Origin: an uncultured delta proteobacterium
Lineage (GTDB): Bacteria; Desulfobacterota; Binatia; UBA9968
DNA length: 64,000 nucleotides
Assembly (NCBI GenBank): GCA_963760795.1
Contig: CAVXEP010000015.1
Span: forward strand, 1-64,000
Direction of reading: 5' to 3'
Each line of letters begins with the position of its first letter. Within the stretch, counting starts at the first letter, position 1. The translations under genes and the position numbers were made by a program. Positions 54,603 to 64,000 of this stretch are shown one piece after another. The notes beneath the pieces were generated by a model. It had not been told where the DNA came from and searched no databases. It saw nothing but the letters and a program-made list of their open reading frames with translations.

Positions 54603-55730
54603 CTAAGCCAACTTTTCTTTGAGCCAATGAGTCACGATATCGACCACCTCGTCGTTCGACTGACCTTTCTTTCGGCCCATATGGCCGGCGCCGGCGATGA
54701 TGCGCAGATCCTTCGGGCTGCCATGCTCCGCCAGTAAGTATAAGTCGCTGATCGGATGCTGGTCATCTTCTTTGCCGTTGATGCACAGAAGCGGTGCGCA
54801 AGGTTGATCGATCAAACCCTGCTTGACCAGCGACAAGGTCGGCGCGGTTTTTAGAACTTCCTCCAAGCCCTTCAAGCCGAAAATATACGAGCGCGCGTCG
54901 AGCAAGCTCGCCGGCCCCATCAAATATTGCGACGCGGTCAAAGTCAGCGCCGGGCGCAGCCACTCTTCTTGAAAGGTTCGATGCACACCGGCGCCCCAGT
55001 TAACCGCGCCGCGCAGCCGTTTCGGTTCGGTATGCGCCAGCTTGGCCGCCCAGTAACCGCCGAAGCTACCGCCCATGCAAGCAATGCGCTTACCGTCGAT
55101 ATCGCTGCGAGTTTCGAGATAATCCATCGCCGCGGAAAAAGTTCGTTCCGCCTTTGGCTCTTGTCCTAGACAGGGATTCTCTCCGGCGCCGGGCATGTCG
55201 ATGGTAAAGCAGGCGACGCCCGCCTTGAGCAGTACATCGTTGTTGGTGCGCCGGTCTTCTTTCCAACCATCGACGCCGCCCCAGTGCATGACGACCGGCG
55301 GCCGATTGACGCCCTTGGGCACCTGCAGATAGCCAACGACTTTTTTGCCTTCGAAAGGAATCTCGCAACGCTCCAGCGGTGGATCCATAGATGGCGCGGC
55401 CTTGAGAAAGGTGCGCAGCGCGCCCTGGTAGCAGGACATTTTCTCCGGGCTGCTCGGCACCGGGTAGCGGCCAATGCGATAATATTCGTAGGCGAGATAG
55501 AAAGTTTCGCCGGCTTCATTCGTCTTACCCTGTTTTTCTTGGACATCGCCCAACGCTTCGTACTTGGCGCCGAACTTGCCCCATTCGCGACCCCACAGCT
55601 CCGAGTCGAGACTGGTGAGATTCTTCAGAACTTGATCGACGTCTTCTTTCTTCACCCGCTCGAACGGATTGATCCGCCCGGCGCGTTGGGCGATATCCGC
55701 TTTGATTTCTTCGAGGGTTTTCTCCGCCAT
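54603..55730 (-). CDS. Alpha/beta hydrolase (FrsA/DUF1100-like)
   Basis: GGVDGWKE, IDMPGAGE, GGSFGGYW. Confidence 0.88.
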   Translation of the reverse strand: MAEKTLEEIKADIAQRAGRINPFERVKKEDVDQVLKNLTSLDSELWGREWGKFGAKYEALGDVQEKQGKTNEAGETFYLAYEYYRIGRYPVPSSPEKMSCYQGALRTFLKAAPSMDPPLERCEIPFEGKKVVGYLQVPKGVNRPPVVMHWGGVDGWKEDRRTNNDVLLKAGVACFTIDMPGAGENPCLGQEPKAERTFSAAMDYLETRSDIDGKRIACMGGSFGGYWAAKLAHTEPKRLRGAVNWGAGVHRTFQEEWLRPALTLTASQYLMGPASLLDARSYIFGLKGLEEVLKTAPTLSLVKQGLIDQPCAPLLCINGKEDDQHPISDLYLLAEHGSPKDLRIIAGAGHMGRKKGQSNDEVVDIVTHWLKEKLA

Positions 55731-55794
55731 GCTGTTTTTCTCCTTATAACTTCGCGCCCGGCTCCTTGGCCAAGGTCTTCAGTGCGATCTTGTA

Positions 55795-55960
55795 AATCAG
55801 ATACCCTTCGGCTTGATCGCCAACGCGGAGATCAAACGGCTCGGAGATCTCAAGGGGAAAAAGATCGCGGTCACTTTCGGCCGCTCGACTCATAGTGTCT
55901 TGCAGGCGTTGTTCGTGAAGCATGGCTACAGCGATAAGTTTGCCGAGTATATCAATCGAC
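55795..55960 (+). pseudogene. Internal fragment of an NMT1/SsuA-like substrate-binding protein gene
   Basis: NQIPFGLIANAEIKRLGDLKGKKIAVTFGRSTH; no signal peptide and no C-terminal half. Confidence 0.65.
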
Positions 55961-56152
55961 GTAATAGGCTCAATGTTGAACGTTTCCCGGACCGGGCAGC
56001 GAAATGTAAATCGGCTTACCCTGTTGCGCGACTGCGATCGTCGGTAGGCAAACAATCGCCGCCAACAAAGCGAAGCGAATGAAGCGCTTCATGAGACTTC
56101 TCCTACAGGAAAATCTGCAAGAACCAGGACCGACTTAACAGAAAGAATGCGG

Positions 56153-57205
56153 CTAGCGCAAGCCGCGCAGACGAGGATCGAGCACTTCGCGCAACCCTTC
56201 GCCGACGAGATAGTAAGCCAGCACGGTAACGAAGATGGCAAAGCCGGGAAAGACCGCGAGCCACCAGGCGTAGGTGGTGGTGCTGGCTTCGTGAAGTATC
56301 GAACCCCAAGTCACCAGCTCGGCCGGCACGCCGATGCCAAGAAAACTCAGGCTCGATTCGACAAGGATCGCCCCGGCGATGCCGAGAACTACAGAAACGA
56401 TGACCGGTGCCAATGCGTTCGGCAAAATATGTTTGAACATCACCTTGCGGTCCGTGCCCCCCAGCGCGATCGCCGAGGTTACGTAATCGAGATTGCGAAT
56501 CCGCAGAAATTCATTTCGGGTAAAGCGCGCGATGCCGACCCAACTGGTCGCGCCGATGATGAACATCGTGAGAAAAATGCTTGGCGGCAACAGCGCCGCG
56601 ATGGTGATCAATAGAAAAAACGTCGGTATCGACAACATGACCTCGAACAAACGGGAAATGACCAAATCCGTCCATGAGCCAAAGTATCCGGCAATGGCGC
56701 CGAGCACGACTCCGATCATGACCGCGATGCCAACGGCGACAAAACCAATCGATAGCGAGACGCGCGAACCATGAACCATGCCCGCCATGACGTCCCGGCC
56801 CAACTTGTCGGTGCCGAACCAATGACGCCCAGACGGCGGCTCGAGGGGTTCGAGAAGATTGATGTTACTGGGGCGATACGGAATTGGCGGAAAGAACGAC
56901 TTGGCGCCTTGAAGTTTCTTGAATTCGGCGTTGACAAGCTCCGCGGGCCATTGGCCGAGCTTCATTCCCACCAAGTAGCTGCGAAAGATCGGAAAATATG
57001 ACTTGCTTTTATACTCGGTGTAGTAAGGTTTGTCGTTTGCGATGAAATCGGCGAACAGCGCCATAAAGACAAAAACACAGACAACGAAAAAACCCGTGAG
57101 CGCGACGGGATTGCGTTTGAAGCGCTGCCATACATCGGACCACAGCCCGCCAGCCTCGGTGGTCTCCGTTGCCATGTCCTGGGTTGTCGAATTCGTCGAT
57201 GCCAT
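56153..57205 (-). CDS. oppC: Peptide ABC permease OppC/DppC
   Basis: HWFGTDKLGRD, KHILPN, ESSLSFLGIG. Confidence 0.92.
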   Translation of the reverse strand: MASTNSTTQDMATETTEAGGLWSDVWQRFKRNPVALTGFFVVCVFVFMALFADFIANDKPYYTEYKSKSYFPIFRSYLVGMKLGQWPAELVNAEFKKLQGAKSFFPPIPYRPSNINLLEPLEPPSGRHWFGTDKLGRDVMAGMVHGSRVSLSIGFVAVGIAVMIGVVLGAIAGYFGSWTDLVISRLFEVMLSIPTFFLLITIAALLPPSIFLTMFIIGATSWVGIARFTRNEFLRIRNLDYVTSAIALGGTDRKVMFKHILPNALAPVIVSVVLGIAGAILVESSLSFLGIGVPAELVTWGSILHEASTTTYAWWLAVFPGFAIFVTVLAYYLVGEGLREVLDPRLRGLR

Positions 57206-57221
57206 GACCGTTGAAATTCGC

Positions 57222-58253
57222 TTATTGCGCCCGGCGGCCGAAGGCGATTCGCGGATCGACAACAGCCAATAGCAGATCCGAGATCAAGATGCCGATCAAG
57301 GTTAAAATCGACGTCACAGCGAGCAGCGCCAGCACCACGGGATAGTCGCGGGATAAAACGGACTCGAAGCCAAGCTGTCCTAAGCCGGGAATGGAAAAAA
57401 TCGTTTCGACGATCACGCTGCCGCCAATCATTCCGGGCAAGATGGAGGCGAGCAATGTCACCTGCGGTATGAGCGAATTACGCAGCACATGCTTAAAGAC
57501 GACGACGCCTTCGTCGAGCCCTTTGGAGCGGGCGACCTGGACATAATCTTGGCGCAATACTTCGAGCATGCTTGCGCGCATATAACGCGACAATCCCGCG
57601 AAGCCGTCGTAGGAAAGCAGCACGACGGGCATAAACAAATGCCAAGCATGGTCCGAGAACTTGCGCCACCAGGACCAGTTTTCCGCCGCATCCAGCGACT
57701 CCAGGCCGCCGGGCGGGAAAAGATAGTAGAAATCGCCGCCGCAGATAAACACCAGCGCCATGGTCGCCGCCCACACCAGCGGCACGGCGAACAACACGAA
57801 GGCGATCAAAGTTGTCGCCTGATCGGCAAAAGAATACTGATGCGTGGCCGAATAAATACCCAAAGGGATCGCCACCAAATACACCACCAGAAGCGACCAA
57901 AAATTCAGCTTGAGCGTCACCGGAATACGCTCAGTAATTTTCTCCCAAACCGGCTGGCTGTCTTTGAATGACACGCCGAAGCTCAAAGTGAAGATATTTT
58001 GCAACCAAACCGCATATTGCACATAAAGCGGCTTATCGAGACCGTACTGCGCGCGCCACTGGGCCATCGCTTCATCCACCGCGCCGCGTTTGTCGACCGT
58101 GATCCCGCCGCTCGCCGCCGCGCCCAGTCCACCCGCAGCGCGAAGCTCTGCGGGATCGCCAGGCGCCAGGCGAACAACTAGAAAGACGATGAGCGTAATA
58201 CCGATAAACGTCGGTATCATCAGCAACACACGTTGAAAAAAATAGCCGGTCAT
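57222..58253 (-). CDS. oppB: Peptide ABC permease OppB/DppB
   Basis: LAPGDP, YGLDKP, DYVQVARSKGL, ETIFSIPGLG, RDYP. Confidence 0.92.
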   Translation of the reverse strand: MTGYFFQRVLLMIPTFIGITLIVFLVVRLAPGDPAELRAAGGLGAAASGGITVDKRGAVDEAMAQWRAQYGLDKPLYVQYAVWLQNIFTLSFGVSFKDSQPVWEKITERIPVTLKLNFWSLLVVYLVAIPLGIYSATHQYSFADQATTLIAFVLFAVPLVWAATMALVFICGGDFYYLFPPGGLESLDAAENWSWWRKFSDHAWHLFMPVVLLSYDGFAGLSRYMRASMLEVLRQDYVQVARSKGLDEGVVVFKHVLRNSLIPQVTLLASILPGMIGGSVIVETIFSIPGLGQLGFESVLSRDYPVVLALLAVTSILTLIGILISDLLLAVVDPRIAFGRRAQ

Positions 58254-58261
58254 CAGAAGAA

Positions 58262-60037
58262 TTATTGCGGTGTCAAAGCACTGGCAAATTTTTGATTTCG
58301 CGCCGGTACCCACCAATCGATCGGTCGTAACCCAGCGGGGAAAATTTCGACGTCTTGAAACCGGCGATGCACAGCAGAAACCTGTTTCCGAACAAACAGA
58401 AAGGTGTAAGGCTGCTCCTCATGCAGAATCTGCTGGAACTCTTTATACATTTCAACGCGTTTCTGCGCGTCGAACTCACGCCGGGTCGTTTCGAGAATCT
58501 CGTCGACCCGAGGGTTTTTGTAACTGATCGCGTTCGAACCTTTGTTCGCCGCTTGCGAGGAGTGCCACACCTGATAGGCGTCCGGCTCGTCCGTCGGCAT
58601 CTGCCATCCCAGCACCACGGCATCGAACTGATGATTTTTCACGTCATTGAGAAAAATTGTCCAGTCAAGCTCTCGAACGCTGGCGGCAATGCCGTGCTTT
58701 TTTAGCTCATCGAGCAGTACCAGTGCCACACTTTTGCGCAGCGCGTTGCCGGAGTTTACTTTGATCTCGAAGCGCAGCGGAGTTTTTTTGCCATTGATCA
58801 TCTTATCGAGCACACCGTCACCGTCCGTGTCTCGCCAACCGGCCTCGGCAAGTAGCGCGCTCGCCTTCAACGGATCATAAGGATAACCGACCAAACTCTT
58901 GTCATACTCGGGCCGGAAAAGATAAATATGGCTGTCAACGACTTCGCCTAAGCCGAACAGCACGCTCTTAACGATCAATTTCCGATCCGTGAAATAGGTC
59001 ATGGCTTGCCGAACTTTTTTATCGCGAAAGATCGGGTGCTCATTATTCCAGCCAAGGTAAGTATAGGTTGGTGAGTAATACTCGTATTTGCGGAATTCTT
59101 GGTTGAAGCGAGTGCTGGACGTGCCCCTTACGGCCTGCACGGGCTGCAAGGCGTCAATGTAGTCGAGACTTCCGCTTTTCAGGCGATTCAACGCCGCGTC
59201 CATATTATTCACGACGCGGAATTTTAGGCGATCCAGGCGGGGTTGATCGATTCCTTGCTTGCCATTACCCCAATAATCGCGATTACGAATGAGTTCGATC
59301 TCGCTGCCGGTTTTCCAGCGGTTGAATTTGTACGGTCCGGACCCCAATGGATTCCGATTGTAGTTCTTATTGAACTGTTCGCCGAATCGCTTCACCTCGG
59401 GCGGTAATTTGCTCGCGTCTCCCGCGAGTGCCTTCACCGTTACGCGAGCCAATAGATTATCCGGATCGTAGTGATGGCGGGGCAACAGGACAATGCTGCC
59501 GCCTAACACGGTTTCATTTTTAAAGTACGGCTCCTTGGTAGTGAATCGGATCGTGTAAGGATCGAGCAGCTCGGCATCGATCAGGGAATTGAAATAGACG
59601 CGGAGGAACGGCGCGTTAACGAACGGGCATTTGATCGCCTTGGCACTGAACAATACGTCCTCACCCGTAAGCGGGCGACCATCCTGAAAGCGCGCGTCTT
59701 TGCGTATCTTGAAAGTATAGATCAATTTATCTTTTGAGATTTCCGGCCGCGCCTCCGCGATGTACGGTTGAATATCTAAATTACGCGGATCACGGGTCAG
59801 CAAAGCCTCGAAAATAAATCCGGTTATCTCACTGGAAGCCGCGTCGCTGCTGGTCAGTGGATTGAGCTGCTCCGGATCGCTTAGGCTGTGGATGATCAGC
59901 CAGTCCCCGGTCACCGGTTTGCCGGCTTCTTCCTTGCTCAGCATGGGTTTGACGCCGGCGATATTCACTTCGGGCTTTTCGCCGCAGCCAGCGATAAGAA
60001 TTAATGGAATGATGAACCGCCAGCTTTTCGCAAACAT
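58262..60037 (-). CDS. oppA: Peptide ABC substrate-binding lipoprotein (SBP family 5)
   Basis: Lipobox IAGC, YTFKIRKDARFQDGRPLTGEDV, GSGPYKF. Confidence 0.92.
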   Translation of the reverse strand: MFAKSWRFIIPLILIAGCGEKPEVNIAGVKPMLSKEEAGKPVTGDWLIIHSLSDPEQLNPLTSSDAASSEITGFIFEALLTRDPRNLDIQPYIAEARPEISKDKLIYTFKIRKDARFQDGRPLTGEDVLFSAKAIKCPFVNAPFLRVYFNSLIDAELLDPYTIRFTTKEPYFKNETVLGGSIVLLPRHHYDPDNLLARVTVKALAGDASKLPPEVKRFGEQFNKNYNRNPLGSGPYKFNRWKTGSEIELIRNRDYWGNGKQGIDQPRLDRLKFRVVNNMDAALNRLKSGSLDYIDALQPVQAVRGTSSTRFNQEFRKYEYYSPTYTYLGWNNEHPIFRDKKVRQAMTYFTDRKLIVKSVLFGLGEVVDSHIYLFRPEYDKSLVGYPYDPLKASALLAEAGWRDTDGDGVLDKMINGKKTPLRFEIKVNSGNALRKSVALVLLDELKKHGIAASVRELDWTIFLNDVKNHQFDAVVLGWQMPTDEPDAYQVWHSSQAANKGSNAISYKNPRVDEILETTRREFDAQKRVEMYKEFQQILHEEQPYTFLFVRKQVSAVHRRFQDVEIFPAGLRPIDWWVPARNQKFASALTPQ

Positions 60038-60040
60038 CGC

Positions 60041-60842
60041 TCAACTACCGATCATCTCGATGGGAACTTCTTGGACGTTGGCCGGCTTTTGCTGAGAAAA
60101 CGATTCGGCGGGGATGGTCGCGTTGAATTCCGGTTCTTGGAAGCGGATTTCTAGCTTCTTGCCTTGCTGTGTTGCCTCGACATTGATCTTGGATGGAAAC
60201 AAGCCGGCCGGAGTCGTGATGTAGTCGGAGAAGAGCGCGGTCAATTCGAGCACGCCTGTGCCATTGAAGCGCTGCCAACGAGTTGGCACCGGCAGGTGCG
60301 AGTCAAAAGCCAGAGTGTCTTTGATCCGGCCGTTGACTGAAAAAATCAGCGAGTTGCCTTCTTGGCGCCACGGCGCCGACGCCTCCACCGGCGGCAAGCC
60401 AAGTAATAGCGCCGTGATTTCGTCAAGCTCTAGCGGGATCTGGGTAAGGCGCTGCAAATTCTCTTTGGAGCTGCGGCCGCGCACCAGCACGCCCTCGCGC
60501 GGGTGGTAGCCGACGATTTCTTTATCGTTGGCCGTGACGATGAGGATCGCGCCCAGGAAGGATAGCGTCTCCAAACGCAATCGATCCGGCCGCTGCACCA
60601 GCACCGCTTCTTCGAAACCGTGTTTGCCCTCCGGTCCGGCGTAGTTGACCCGCGCCAGCGCGCGCACCGAGCGAAACTGCTGGCGCCGTTGGCCCATCGA
60701 CTCGATCAGCTTGCTCAACTCCCACTGCGGCGCGGGCGCCGTCGGCAAGGCAGGCGGTTTAGCCGTGGTGGCGCAACCAGTGACGATTAACGCAAGAATG
60801 GCCAGGGAAACGGAAGACGGCGCGGCGCGGCAGGACGATCAA
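60041..60842 (-). CDS. LolB-like/DUF4292 lipoprotein (probable indel in the signal peptide)
   Basis: In-frame SLAILALIVTGC lipobox upstream of the listed ORF; RPDRLRLE; follows a TPR gene. Confidence 0.75.
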
Positions 60843-62584
60843 ATCTTTTTCTCCAGCCGCTGGATTTTTTCGCGCACGCGCTTGGTCTGTTCGGGCTCTT
60901 TGGAATGCTTCAGCGACTCGCGGTAACGCACCACGGCACGGTCGACCCGGCCAGCCTTCTCGTAGGCATCGCCCAGATGCTCGATGATCGTCGGGTCGTC
61001 CACCGTGAGTTCGACGGCGCGTTCGAGCTGTTCGACGGCGCGCGGGTAATCGCCCTTTTGATAGTAAACCCAACCCAAGCTGTCGATGTAGAAACCGTCG
61101 TTGGGCGCGATCTTGAGCGCCCGCGCGATCAATTCTTCGGCTTCGTCCAACTGCACGCCCATCTCCGCCCAGGTGTAGCCCAAGTAGTTGAGCGCCGGCG
61201 CGTTCTTGGGATTGAGCTCGATGGCCTTCTTCATGCTGGCGATGGATTTGTCTTTGACTTTGTTCTCGTCATAGAGCGCGCCCAGTTGAAAGTGCGCCTC
61301 GTCGTTCTTGGGATCGAGGGCGACGACCCGCTCCATCGACTGAATCGCCCGCGGAAAGTCTTTAGTCTTACGGTAGAGCACGCTCAAATAGGCATGGATT
61401 TCTTTGCGGTCGTTGAGTTTTTTAATGACCGCCTGCAGAGTTTCGATGGCCTTTTGGGTTTGGTCTTTGCGCTCGTAGAGTTGCGCCGCCTGCACCCGGG
61501 CGTCTGCGTAGAACTCGCTCTTCTCGGAAATTCGCTCGAAGGATTCCAGCGCCTTATCGTTGGCTTTGAGTTCGATATAGGTGGCGGCGAGATAATAACG
61601 CGCGCGATCGTTTTCCGGATCGCCGGCGAGAACCAGATTGAACTCGGTGGCGGCGCGGTCGTAGTCGCCCTTCTCAAACGAGATCAGACCGATCTTGATG
61701 CGCGTGTCGCGCGGATCGGTTTCGCTGCCTTCCAAGCGCTCGAACTGGCGCAGCGCTTCATCGAGCTTATTCTGCCCGACATAGAGTTCGCCCAAGCGGC
61801 GGCGCGACCAAACATGTTGCGGATTGACTTGCAGCAGACGCTGATAGGTTTGGATTGCATCTTCGGTCTTGCTTTCGAGCTCATAGACCAGCGCCAAGTC
61901 CAGCAACACAGCTTCCGACTTGGGATTGAACTCCAGGGCCTTGCGAAAGCTCTGCTCGGCGGCAAGATAGAGCTTGCTCTTGGCACGCACCCGGCCCAAA
62001 TAATAGTGGCCCAGAGCCGAGTTGTCGTCGAGTTTGAGCAGCTCGTCCAAATGTTGCGTCGCGCGCGCGTAGTCTTCAACCTGCAAATACAGCGCGCCGG
62101 CGTAGAGCAGCGCTTCTTGATTGTTGGGATCGAGTTTGAGCACCGCGTTGTATTCCGCCAGCGCCTTTTGATTATCACCCAGCGCGGAATACAGCCCAGC
62201 CAGGAGTAAATGATAATCGACGCTCTTGGGCTCCAGCCGGACCGCCGACTCCGCCTCGCCCAAGGCCTTCCTAAGATCGCCGCGGCGCAGATAGAGCTGG
62301 GCCAATCGGAAATGCAAAAAACTGTCCGCGGGACTAGCCTGCGCGGCGGCTTCGAACTCTTTCAGAGCCGGCTCGAATTCGCCCTCGGTGAGCAATAGCT
62401 GTCCCTTAAGGAAATGGTTGAACGCCTTGGCGTCGTCGCCAAGGTCAGCTTTGGCTTCTTTGCTAAAGGGCCTTTCGGAAGACCAAACCAAACCGTCGGG
62501 AGGGAGCTGGTAATCGGCCACGGCCGTCGCGCAACCGGAGAATATAACTAGCAAAAAGGCTACCCGAAAACTGCGTGTAGACAT
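60839..62584 (-). CDS. Tetratricopeptide repeat (lipo)protein
   Basis: FSGC lipobox, many TPRs, ALNYLGY...IDSLGWVYY...EHLGDAY. Confidence 0.92.
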   Translation of the reverse strand: MSTRSFRVAFLLVIFSGCATAVADYQLPPDGLVWSSERPFSKEAKADLGDDAKAFNHFLKGQLLLTEGEFEPALKEFEAAAQASPADSFLHFRLAQLYLRRGDLRKALGEAESAVRLEPKSVDYHLLLAGLYSALGDNQKALAEYNAVLKLDPNNQEALLYAGALYLQVEDYARATQHLDELLKLDDNSALGHYYLGRVRAKSKLYLAAEQSFRKALEFNPKSEAVLLDLALVYELESKTEDAIQTYQRLLQVNPQHVWSRRRLGELYVGQNKLDEALRQFERLEGSETDPRDTRIKIGLISFEKGDYDRAATEFNLVLAGDPENDRARYYLAATYIELKANDKALESFERISEKSEFYADARVQAAQLYERKDQTQKAIETLQAVIKKLNDRKEIHAYLSVLYRKTKDFPRAIQSMERVVALDPKNDEAHFQLGALYDENKVKDKSIASMKKAIELNPKNAPALNYLGYTWAEMGVQLDEAEELIARALKIAPNDGFYIDSLGWVYYQKGDYPRAVEQLERAVELTVDDPTIIEHLGDAYEKAGRVDRAVVRYRESLKHSKEPEQTKRVREKIQRLEKKI

Positions 62585-62686
62585 CGTCGAAAAATGTAAC
62601 ACGCTCACCGGAGGGGGTCAATGTAGAGTGGCTGACGCCTTCATTCACCGCGCCAACTATGGTAATTTTCCTGGCGGCGGCGGTAA

Positions 62687-64000
<1,314 letters not shown>

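Noticed and set aside
1-60842. Many frameshifts (recN, phnE, phnD, ppx, der, VWA, DUF58, SBBP, LolB-like) read as programmed frameshifting or mass pseudogenisation
   Set aside because: They hit core genes such as der, are isolated single-base shifts, and leave both sides well conserved. Uncorrected long-read indels are the simplest explanation.
60905-62209. Long antisense ORFs (also 10865-11896, 17375-18238, 33028-33999, 43207-44163)
   Set aside because: These are shadow frames of well-supported genes in GC-rich DNA and carry no recognisable motifs.

Overview
This is a GC-rich bacterial chromosomal window. The gene style and intergenic repeats suggest a deltaproteobacterium-like lineage such as Ca. 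Binatota (inference). Most genes are on the minus strand. Housekeeping genes: recN, nadK, ilvE, hup, ppx, trmFO, topA, dprA, der, era, greA, ligA. Other loci: a phnDCE transporter, a MoxR/DUF58/VWA operon, an SBBP/CARDB surface protein, a split opp/dpp transporter and a lower-GC glycosylation cassette. Many genes, including core ones, carry single-base frameshifts, which points to long-read indel errors rather than biology. The strongest candidate for a new system is a ~1.7 kb putative mobile element (2897-4580) inside the ~4.9 kb block that splits the phn operon. It encodes a ~530 aa protein with a Rep_trans/Phage_CRI-like K.YDK..LR.E motif and a C-terminal winged helix. It has no terminal inverted repeats, has a subterminal hairpin, and sits exactly between two units of a GCAAAGAAY 9-mer repeat. 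Also notable: a promoter-terminator leader before greA, a three-VWA fusion gene, and several decayed gene remnants that mark rearrangement junctions. I found no rRNA, tRNA or CRISPR array.
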